From: Octopus bimaculoides
Lineage: Eukaryota
Direction of reading: 5' to 3'
Assembly: GCF_001194135.2 (NCBI RefSeq)
Contig: NC_068990.1
Location: 3,820,610-3,859,042 of the forward strand
DNA: 38,433 bases
Below are positions 12,384-22,735 of the stretch, piece by piece (within the stretch, counting starts at the first letter, position 1; each line of letters starts with the position of its first letter). A program made the translations under genes and the position numbers. The notes beneath the pieces are model-generated. The model searched no databases. It was not told where the DNA came from and saw only the letters and a list, made by a program, of their open reading frames with translations.

Positions 12384-12788
12384 GGCGCATGAGTGGCTGT
12401 GTGGTAACTTGCGTGCTTACCAACCACATGGTTCCGGGTTCAGTCCCACTACGTGGCACCTTGGGCGAGTGTCTTCTATTATAGCCTAGGGTCGACCAAA
12501 GCTTTGTGAGTGGAGTTGGTTAACGGAAACTGAAAGAAGCTCGTCGTATATATGTATATGTATGTGTATGTGTGTGTTTGTATGTCTGTGTTTGTCCCCC
12601 AACATCGCTTGACAACCGATGCTGGTGTGTTTACGTCCCCGTAACTTAGCGGTTCGGCAAAAGAGACCGATTGAATAAGTACTAGGCTTACAAAGAATAA
12701 GTCCTGGGGTCGATTTTCTCGACTAAAGGCGGTGATCCAGCATGGCCGCAGTCAAATGACTGAAACAAGTAAAAAAGTAAAAGAGTAA
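12384..12788 (+). mobile_element. Family-A tRNA-derived SINE, full length, with internal microsatellite
   Basis: A box gtggctgtgtggtaa, B box gggttcagtccc, CORE-like ggcaccttgggcgagtgtctt, internal (TA)/(TG)n at ~12547-12590, 3' module ctggggtcgattttctcgact, tail (GTAAAA[GA])n; short taaat duplication at both ends. Confidence 0.92.
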
Positions 12789-13992
12789 ATGTATAGCCCC
12801 CAATGTATCAGTGTTCATAGGAACATTTACGCTGCTCGACTTGAGGTTAGATGAAATTTGGGCTAACTCAAAGATAGTTACTGCGTTCCAGGGATTTTCA
12901 CATCAATAGTGATGTAAACCATCATTAATTGAAACGAATATATGAATATAACGCAGCGATAAAGTGATTTAAGGTTGTAGGCTAAATGCCTGGACAGAAC
13001 CATACGTGCAGACATTGAAGAAGATACTTCATCTCAAGTTTACCCCTCGTCCATTACTCTTTAGAAAGTCTTCGAGGCTGGTATGAACAAAAGAAGAGGA
13101 GCTTGGTTCAAAAATCTGCAGCACTAGCTTACATTACATCGAAAAATCTGAATATTACTATGGTTTCTCGCTTCTTCGCTCACTGTTCATAGAGACAGGT
13201 GCGAATAGCCTTCTTATAACTAGCAATTGGTCTGGAGGAATAGAATATATAGAGACCAGAAAGAGCAAAAAGTATTTCGTAACTCAGCATCTTGATTGGT
13301 GTTTCATTAAGAATATAAACAATTAAGTGTGATTTTTGTGGCAACAGATGTTTTCTTTCTTTGATATTTCTTAATTTATCAAATCTTATACGATATGTGT
13401 ATTTGTGTGTGTGTATGTGTGTGTGTGTATGCGCGCGCGTGTGTTTGTATGTATATATGTATACTTGGACGTTACAAACGAATAAAAAACTTCTCAAAAT
13501 ATATATATAATAGTAATTATCTATTTGAAAGTGAGGCGCCTTTATGTCGGATATAGGAAACCCTCAGTTTCAAGAAAATAAATAGACACACATGCACGCA
13601 CACACATATACACACACAAACGTACAAATATACACATACAAACATACGTTTATTGATTTTTTTCTGAATGTCTAGATAGCATCAGATCATTCTATTGTTG
13701 AAAACTGTATTTTCCTCTTAGATTTACTTAATATGATTCTTTCGTATCCCTTTATCATTGATTCAGATATTTTTAGTAGAAGAAAAATCATTATATGATA
13801 TAGAATTGAAATATACTATGTGATCAAAAGTCCCCACACATATACACACATATATATTTTCACATGCACACATATATGTATACACACACGTACACGTACA
13901 CACACACATATGTGTGTATACATATATCTACATATAAGCATACACACATACATATATGCATACACACTTATATATGCATATATATAATATAC

Positions 13993-14032
<40 letters not shown>

Positions 14033-14384
14033 ATATATATGTATGTGTGTGGCTGTATGCGTGTGTGTGCGTGTGTGTGTGTACTCGTGCGCGTGCGCGT
14101 TTAAACAGTCACTTGGAAGTTTCAGCCAGCAAAGCTATCGTCCATCATCAGTAGTTCGACGATGGCTTAGCTGGCCTAAATTTCGAAATCACTGTCAACA
14201 AAAGCCTTGCATAAAAATAATAAATTTGTATTCTACAGAAGTACAGAGTAATCCATCAGATTAATGTATAAAATTTTCATTTATAACTGAACATAAAAAT
14301 CAAACGTTAATATATATATTGTGTGCGTGTGGGTGTGTGGGTGCGCGTGTGGGGGTGATGTGTGTGTGTATGTATGTTTGTGTG

Positions 14385-14577
14385 TATGTGTTTGTACCCC
14401 CACCGTTGCTTGACAACCGATCATGGTGTGTTTACGTCCTCGTAACTTAGCGGTTCGGCAAAGGACCCGATAGAATAATTACTAGGCTTACAAAGAATCA
14501 GTCCTGGGGTTGATTTGCTCGACTAAATTCGGGACTCCAGCATGGCCGCAGTGAAATAACTGAAACAAATAAAAGAA
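14385..14577 (+). mobile_element. Family-A SINE 3' half
   Basis: Close match to 12590-12780; preceded by (TG)n. Confidence 0.88.
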
Positions 14578-15467
14578 TGTATACATATATATATATATAT
14601 ATATATANNNNNNNNNNNNNNNNNNNNNNNNNNNNNNNNNNNNNNNNNNNNNNNNNNNNNNNNNNNNNNNNNNNNNNNNNNNNNNNNNNNNNNNNNNNNN
14701 NNNNNNNNNNNNNNNNNNNNNNNNNNNNNNNNNNNNNNNNNNNNNNNNNNNNNNNNNNNNNNNNNNNNNNNNNNNNNNNNNNNNNNNNNNNNNNNNNNNN
14801 NNNNNNNNNNNNNNNNNNNNNNNNNNNNNNNNNNNNNNNNNNNNNNNATATATATGTAAATAGGAAGCAGTTAAAAGTCGACAACTGACGAGGGGTTAGA
14901 CTTCATTTAGTATTTTGTCTCGTACTTGTCTCTCATTATGTGTTTACGCATTTTTCACTCGTTGTTGATGTCATGTACCTGATATATTATACATATACAT
15001 ATATTTGAGATTCAGCTGAATTAGGTACTTTAGTTGAATCACCAAATCAATCCGGTATTATCCGCACGGCTCGAAGTAAGTTGAATAAAATCAAAATAAG
15101 CAACAAGATATCAAGTAGTGATGCAGTACAACCGTTTCAAGCTTCTCCATTTAATTGAACAAAGCAATCATTACAGCAATTTAAATGTAATGCCATCTTC
15201 AGCTGCACAAATAAATCAATGGATTGTTCATCGTAAATTCTCAATCTGATATACCTATGTAGCAAAATATTTATTGAACCCCATAAACGCTTTTCTTTTT
15301 TTTTTCTTTTGTCTTTTATCCTCCCTTTTCTTTTTCTCTTATTGTCTTGGATTCTGACACTCTCAGCCTATCTCTATTTCTACGACATATTTTTACTTAC
15401 TTTCATTCTTACTTCTTTTCATCAGAGATCTTCGTGTACCTATCCTTATATAATAAGTATAGATAGT

Positions 15468-15838
15468 GGAGGCGCAATGGCCCAGTGGTTAGGGCAGCGG
15501 ATTCGCGGTCATAGGATCGCGGTTTCGATTCCTAGACCGGGCGTTGCGAGTGTTTATTGAGCGAAAACACCTAAAGCTCCACGAGGCTCCGGCAGGGGAT
15601 AGGTGGCGAACCCTGCTGTACTCTTTCTCTCACTCTTTCTTCCTGTTTCTGTTGTACCTGTAATTCAAAGGGTCAGCCTTGTCACACTGTGTTACGCTGA
15701 AAATCCCCGAGAACTACGTTAAAGGTACACGTGTCTGTGGAGTGCTCAGCCACTTGCACGTTAATTTCACGAGCAGGCTGTTCCGTTGATCGGATCAACT
15801 GGAACCCTCGACGTCGTAAGCGAAGGAGTGCCAACAAC
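15468..15838 (+). mobile_element. Family-C tRNA-derived SINE, full length, with 14-bp TSD
   Basis: Head ggaggcgcaatggcccagtggttagggcagcgga...ggtttcgattcc (A/B boxes); tail ccaacaac; TSD aataagtatagata at 15452-15465 and 15839-15852. Confidence 0.92.
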
Positions 15839-15869
15839 AATAAGTATAGATAATTTTTTTTCATTGCAG

Positions 15870-16118
15870 ACTGAAAAGATTATTGCTGGGATCGATGTGT
15901 TTGACTAAAACCTCTCAAGTCGGTTTACCAATATGCTCCAGTTCAATGAGTGATGCAAATAAAAGATTTAACATTTAAAATAGTCATATAGCCAAATCTA
16001 ACATTTCTTCTCTGTGTGTTTAATAGTAAATATGATTCTACTCTGACCCGGTTGTTTTTGATCAAGCAAAGCGGTGCCCCAGCATGGTCGCAGTCCAATG
16101 ATTGAAACAAGTTAAAAG
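15870..16118 (+). mobile_element. Two decayed family-A SINE 3' fragments
   Basis: ctgggatcgatgtgtttgactaaa (~15885) and gcggtgccccagcatggtcgcagtccaatgattgaaacaag (~16070-16110). Confidence 0.6.
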
Positions 16119-16354
16119 ATATTTAGAAATCAGATTTAAAATTTTTATAATGTTTCATTAAACATCGAAAGAGTTAAGTAATTCTCACCAGCGCCATCTG
16201 TCTATAATATTTTTGATGTTCTTCAGTTGAATGCGGAGTAAGAGAACTTCATAGAAGCACACAATTATAGTGAAATGAATAGAAAAAAAGCGATCAAGAA
16301 AATATCTAATTTGTCTAGCGTGTTAGGAAAATGAAAAACTGCAAAGAAAAGAAC

Positions 16355-16366
16355 TACTACTACTAC

Positions 16367-16424
<58 letters not shown>
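16355..16424. repeat. (TAC)n(TAA)n microsatellite
   Basis: Direct reading. Confidence 0.95.
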
Positions 16425-16425
<1 letters not shown>

Positions 16426-17056
16426 TAAAATAATGCTTATAATTTGAATATACGTCTTTAATATTTGAAGTTGTGCCAGTATCTGTTACAAGTACTTCTA
16501 AACTATTTTTATCTTTATGTTTCGCAATTATCTTCCCTTTTAAAATCAAATATGTTTATTGCTTAAATTCTTTTTATTTTGTTTTTTTTTTCTTTCTTTC
16601 TCTCTTTCGTTTTTCCTTCTTTCTTCGTTCATGATTTATGTCACATGCTGAGTGTCTTTTGTATGACTAATTATTCCAGATTTGTCATTGGCCAATTCTC
16701 GACAATACTTATCATTAAACATATTCCTCTCTATTATTTGGCAATGATATGCCTTTGTATTGCCAGCCATCATCTGGATTATATCCAGTGACTACAAGCA
16801 GCTGTTTAAAGGAATTTCTCCAAATAATATTGCATATTCGTCTATATATCTCATCCACCAATTTATATCATATTAAATAGGGAAAGCTGCATGTAACCAT
16901 GTCATTAAAATGTCAGCATGGTAGCCGAATAGTAAATGGCTAAGGGTGAATAAACAACTTTTCAATTTCCCAGTTTATCTGCGTGTAAACAGTTAACAAA
17001 TTCGTTGAAAGTGTGTGTCCAATATATCTCCAATGCTCCTCTGTTACAAGATGTTT

Positions 17057-17508
<452 letters not shown>

Positions 17509-17617
17509 ATGTGAATAATATGTAGTCTATTGTCTAGATTTTTTCTTCACGCTAGACCACTGGTAGCAAAGAATTTCTAAATAAGTTTTGCTACCCTTAA
17601 ATTTATTGATAATAGTA

Positions 17618-17650
<33 letters not shown>

Positions 17651-17871
17651 GATATTGGTATAGATATATACATATATGTTTATATGTGTATATACGTTGT
17701 TCGTAGAAAATAGCTCATATTCCATTACTCGCACTTCGTATTTTTTATCGTACACGTTTTGTGACGTCCTGTGCCCACATATACACACGCACGCGCGCAC
17801 GCACACACACACACACACACACAGACACACACACACACACACACACACAGTCTGTTAAAGTCTGTCATACC

Positions 17872-17911
17872 GGCCATGACGAAGGGAAATAGCCCTGAAA
17901 CTCGAGTCGCC
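17872..17911 (+). ncRNA. Minimal type-I hammerhead-ribozyme-like motif (one extra A in the core)
   Basis: GGC-C(a)TGACGA-AGGG[aaatag]CCCT-GAAAC[tcga]GTC-GCC: helices I, II and III pair, and the GUC triplet is intact. Confidence 0.6.
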
Positions 17912-18369
17912 TTTATATATTTATATTTATATATTTGATCCTTTATATTGAACACTCAATATTTCATCTACATTCAATACCTTCTTTCATGGTGCCATCC
18001 ATTTTTATTTTATTTTATTTTATATTATATATTGTATATTATATTATATATTGTATATTCCATATTCTATACCCCACATTGGTTCTGCAGGAATATAAAT
18101 AAAACATAAAAAACAGACAGTGTTGGAACTCTTTTAAACAAAATAATATATTCCTCTATACACAATCATNNNNNNNNNNNNNNNNNNNNNNNNNNNNNNN
18201 NNNNNNNNNNNNNNNNNNNNNNNNNNNNNNNNNNNNNNNNNNNNNNNNNNNNNNNNNNNNNNNNNNNNNNNNNNNNNNNNNNNNNNNNNNNNNNNNNNNN
18301 NNNNNNNNNNNNNNNNNNNNNNNNNNNATATATATATATATATATATACATACATAGGTGTAGGAGCGT

Positions 18370-18542
18370 GGTGTGTTAGAATGTTTACGTCCGGTAACTT
18401 TGTGGTTCCGTCAAAGAGACAGATAGAATAAGTACGAGGCTTAATATATATATATATATAAAATAATACTGGGGTCGATTTATTCGACTGAAGGTGGAAC
18501 CCCAGCATGACTGCAGTCTAATGACTGAAAAGATTAAAAGAA
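18370..18542 (+). mobile_element. Family-A SINE 3' half with secondary (TA)n expansion
   Basis: gtttacgtccggtaact...gatagaataagtac...ctggggtcgatttattcgact...aatgactgaaa. Confidence 0.8.
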
Positions 18543-19080
18543 TATGTATGTATGTATGTATATACGTATGTGTGTATGTGTTCATACATGTGTGTATGTA
18601 TGATGTATGCATGTGTATGTATATATGTATGTATGCATGTATGTCTGCATACATATATGTGAATGGGTGTTGTATATATGTGTATGCATGTGTATATAAA
18701 TGTGTGTTTATATGTATGCATCGACATGTAACTTGTAGTAATATGTACATTAACATAGAAATCAGTCTCAACATTCTGATATTCCATTAACATCGAAACA
18801 GTTGACCAAATCTCATCAGAGCTATTTATCAATGCATTTATAATATATTTATGGATAAATTCCACCCAGATTTACTATTGTTGATGTTTTTTTCTTTCTT
18901 TACTTTACTATTGCTGGCCATTTCATTTTGTAAACATCCACACTCGAATAGAGCTTCAGTAAACCCCACCCACCCACTATATTTGTCAGAGGAAGAGACA
19001 CGAAGCATGAAACGGAGGATCTATCAAAACTAATAGGGAACGGAGCTTCCCTAGAGTGAATTGGTGAAGCACATTTCGCT

Positions 19081-19279
19081 TGATGACGATGATGATGATG
19101 CCGACGACGACGACTATGATGATGATGATGATGATGATGGAGGAGGAGAAGAAGAAGAAGAAGAAGAAGAAGAAGAAGAAGAAGAAGAAGAAGAAGAAGA
19201 AGAAGAAGAAGAAGAAGAAGAAGAAGAAGAAGAAGAAGAAGAAGAAGAAGAAGAAGAAGAAGAAGAAGAAGAAGAAGAA
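19081..19279. repeat. (GAT/GAC)n(GGA)n(GAA)~44 trinucleotide tract
   Basis: Direct reading; pure GAA from ~19148 to 19279. Confidence 0.97.
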
Positions 19280-19803
19280 AACGCATTGCTTATTGTATCA
19301 TATTTGATACAAAATATCATGTTACAACATATTAATAAAATGTCATATTATGTTACGAGATTAAAATATCATGTATGAAATGCAATGCTATATTATGTCG
19401 TGATGTAACGCTTATCTCTTTGGCTGACCAAATCCAATTTACTGGTTTTCATTCAGTTTGAATTGTCTCTTATACACCAATAACACTTTTTAGAACGCAA
19501 GGGAATATGAAGCTTCGTAGTTAGAGTGCAACATCGTCATGTATAAACATGAAGTATCGTTATGGGGTTAAGAAAAAGTAAATCTTTGTTCGGGTAATAA
19601 TTTTTTTAAATGAACGTAGAAATAACTGTGCAGTAAAAGACCAAATTCTTTCGAAAATGGAATTTCAACACGATTTCAATGTTCTGTTGCAGTTATTGCA
19701 CTACAGTCGCATCTCTTTCGCAAGCAAATGGACGTTTATTTTATCATAGGCTTCATGATTGTCTCGTACACACAAAAAAAAATCAATATTCACTATCAAT
19801 ATT

Positions 19804-19954
19804 TCCCCGTAACTTATCGGTTCGGCAAGAGAGACCGATAGAATAAGTACTAGGCTTACAAAGAATAAGTCCTGGGGTCGATACGCTCGACTAAAGGCGG
19901 TGCTCCAGCATGGCCACAGTCAAATGACTGAAACAAGTAAAAGAGTAAAAGAGT
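19804..19954 (+). mobile_element. Family-A SINE 3' fragment, young
   Basis: Nearly identical to 12636-12788, including the gtaaaagagtaaaagag tail. Confidence 0.9.
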
Positions 19955-19990
19955 ATGGTTAATTCTCGCAATATTAGGAAAAACCAGTTA

Positions 19991-20410
19991 AGACGGTGAG
20001 CTGGCTGAATCGTTAGCCGCTGAGGTCAACTCTACGTTTTTATCATTTTGGAGCCGATAAATTAAGTACCAGTTGAACATTGGGGTCGATGTAATCGACT
20101 TAACCTTTTCCCCCGAAATTGCTGGCCTTGTACCAAAATCTGAAGTCAATATTTACTGTGGTTAATTCTTGCAATATTAGGAATATCAATTAAGTCTCCG
20201 AGCAGGCAGAATCGTTAGGACGCTAGGCAAGATGCTTAGCGGCATTTCATCCGTCTGTATGTTCTGACTTTAAATGCCACCGAGGTCAACTTTGCCTTTC
20301 GTCCTTTAGAGCGGTCAATAAATTAAGTACCAGTTGAGTATTGTGGTCAGTGTAATCGATATACCCTCTGCCCCGAAATTGCTGGCCTTGTGTCAAAGTT
20401 TGAAATTAAT
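19991..20410 (+). mobile_element. Two tandem family-B SINEs (first has an internal deletion)
   Basis: Heads agacggtgagctggctgaatcgttag and gagcaggcagaatcgttag; body gaggtcaactttgcctttc...gataaattaagtaccagttg; tail cccgaaattgctggccttgt. Confidence 0.85.
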
Positions 20411-20479
20411 ATTAGGAATATCAGTAGGTTTCTTCTATTATAATTCCATTTACATATAGAATGCCTCCACATGTATATT

Positions 20480-20615
20480 AAATCAGACCCATTACTTGAC
20501 AGATTGACTATTTTTATCGATCCTGGAGAGATGAAAGCAAAACTGACCTCCAATGAATTTAAATCAAAATGTAAAAACCCGTAACTAATAATCGTGAGAA
20601 TTCTGTCCACAGCTT
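20480..20615 (-). mobile_element. Decayed family-B SINE fragment
   Basis: tttttatcgatcctggagagatgaaagcaaaactgacctc matches the reverse complement of the family-B body. Confidence 0.6.
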
Positions 20616-21165
20616 CACTGATTCTGCAATTTCACGTCCACTGTTTAAATCGCCATTATTCTTATAATTCTTTGTTTAGTTCCTCATAATCCATAGAATT
20701 TTAGGATCACCAGAAAAAGCTCTATCGTTGTACAATGTGTCTTGGGTAAATGTATGCAGTAGAGAACGTCTGAGCGAAACCACGCAGAATATGCGAGCTC
20801 AACATATTCGTCAAAACTGTTTGCAATAAGTACTACTGCTTCCTTACTTACAACATCGAGCTATATATCTACAGTTTACTAAGCAGATTTATTTTGCCTT
20901 AAAAATGTTCACTACAGACGTCAAGCTCATAAAATGATGCTAAATACTGAAAATGTTTCATTTAACAGTTCATAACCATTACACCTAGGCAAATCGTAGC
21001 ATTAGTTCGTCTATTATATGTAAATTATTAAGAACTCTGATAGTGAAATACGAAACATTGACTATTCTCGTAATAGTCTAACATACGTTGACGATGACGT
21101 TATCATTTGAGTGCACTAAAACATAACAAAATGTTAAATTCAATGGAACCAACAAGTTATACAAT

Positions 21166-21300
21166 TACTGATTTCTAACAAAGGCACAAGACCATACGTT
21201 TAGTGGAAATGGACATGGTTGATTAAATCAACTTCAGTACTTGACTGGTAAATCATTTTATCAATACTGAAAAACTACAGACAAAGCCGACTAAAATCAA
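21166..21300 (-). mobile_element. Decayed family-B SINE 3' part
   Basis: aaaggcacaagacc...tcagtacttgactggta...ttttatcaatac. Confidence 0.55.
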
Positions 21301-22008
21301 AACATCAAGACGCATAAGAAAAAAATTGTTGTAAATCATTTCGTCGGGTATTCAATATATAGTTTCATCAGTACTACATTACTCTCGTTTTATTTATTAT
21401 AACAACTATCAAATCACAAAGTAACATTACTGTTGCTTTCCCCAAAAAGAAAACAGGAAATTGTTAAACGATAAATTCATAGATCTTAAATTAATTCTTT
21501 GAAAGAAATGCATGAAAGCATCTTTAATATTTCCATCCATAAATAATACGGGCTTCACAAACTGTTTTATCATTAGCCTTTCATACTTAGAACCGTGATT
21601 CTTTGATGTCAAAGAAATGAAGCAAGACTACAAATAATTTCGATCATACAAAATGACAAATGAGATCAAGGATGACCAAGTAAATAGAACACCGGATAAC
21701 AAATATTCATTATGATGTTAAAATAATCGTATCTGATTATACTTTATTATATATGTTAATAATGCAGCATAATATATCTCTTGATTGCATTACAGCCTTA
21801 AAATTGCAAAAGACGTGATCAAGCTTATTCAATTCTAAGATGTGTTGTGTGATTTATAATTACGATGATATAATCAAATGAAGATTATGCTAGCGACAGT
21901 CCTTGTGTTGAGGGTAATGGTAAGTCTTACTCCTACTGCAGACAACGATTATGAAGACGACTGTAACGATGATGGCAAACTTATATCAGTATAATATTTC
22001 TCTGAAGC

Positions 22009-22081
22009 ATTTTTCACAAATACTGGCGTTATTTTTCACGGATATTGGCGTTTTTCACGAATATTGGCGTTATTTCCACGC
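22009..22081. repeat. Short minisatellite, ~20-bp unit x3.5 (atttttcacg.atattggcgtt)
   Basis: Direct reading. Confidence 0.85.
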
Positions 22082-22214
22082 GTTGATTAAATACATTTTG
22101 TTTCGAATTCACTAATATTCCTTTATATACTTTATTACAACCAAATTAAATTAAACAAATACGTTAAAACATCAATTAAACCCTGAGAGATAATTTTAAC
22201 TATTGCTTAGAGTA

Positions 22215-22668
22215 ATAACGGTTTCTAATTTAGATACAAGGTAAACAATTTTGTGGGAAGGGAGTAAGTCAGTACTATAGACCCCAGTACTGGTTGAGTA
22301 CTTCATTTTAACGATCCCAAAATAATGAAAGACAAAGTCATCCTCGGCAGCATTTGGACTCCGAATGCAAAGAGGTGGAACAAATGCTGCAAGGAGATTT
22401 TTTTCGATACCCTAACAACTCTACTAGCTTACTGACCTTGTAGCTCGGCATAATAACGATCTCAAATTTTGGTACAAGGCCTGCAATTTGGGAGGAAGGG
22501 AGTAAGTCAATTAGATCGAACCCAGCGCTCAACCTATTTTATCGACTCCCCGAAAATAATGAAAGGCAAAGTCGACTTCGACGACACATGAACTCAGGAC
22601 GTGAAGACGGACGAAACACCAGTGAGCATTTGTATGATACGGTAATGGTTCTTCCAGTTTGCCGCTTT
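22215..22668 (-). mobile_element. Two head-to-tail family-B SINEs
   Basis: Repeated tacaagg...gggagtaagtc...aataatgaaag.caaagtc units at ~22215-22435 and ~22455-22668. Confidence 0.75.
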
Positions 22669-22693
22669 AATAGTTCGACATAATAATAAGAAA

Positions 22694-22735
22694 TAAAACT
22701 TTAAAAGGTGTCATAAAACTTTAAAAGGTGTCATA
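22694..22735. repeat. Perfect 20-bp tandem duplication taaaactttaaaaggtgtca
   Basis: Direct reading. Confidence 0.95.

Larger units (their letters stand above)
11230..12950 (+). pseudogene. R4/Dong-like (RLE-type non-LTR) reverse transcriptase remnant, interrupted twice
   Basis: Translated pieces: GISQYDCTLVMSFMLSV from 11266 (QGD motif); HCFFVNDLKIYA at 11391-11426 (DD motif, with ND); IGMKFG ending ~11502; CSYVILTR...YHRYLDIDENI at 12183-12300; EVRKYFSNLSIFNK at ~12340-12381; KCIAPNVSVFIGTFTLLD after 12788; DFHINSDVN at 12893-12919. Order matches R4-clade RTs. Confidence 0.8.

Noticed and set aside
12384-15540. tRNA-like sequences at the heads of 12384 and 15468
   Set aside because: No acceptor stem or complete cloverleaf; they run straight into SINE bodies, so they are not tRNA genes.
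16430-16549. GKIIAKHKDKNSLEVLVTDTGT, superficially Tudor-like
   Set aside because: Only ~38 residues in very AT-rich DNA, weak splice sites, and the Tudor aromatic-cage residues are absent.
18900-19378. Poly-D/E, poly-K, poly-L/H and poly-S ORFs
   Set aside because: All frames of one trinucleotide tract; no flanking coding signal or splice sites.
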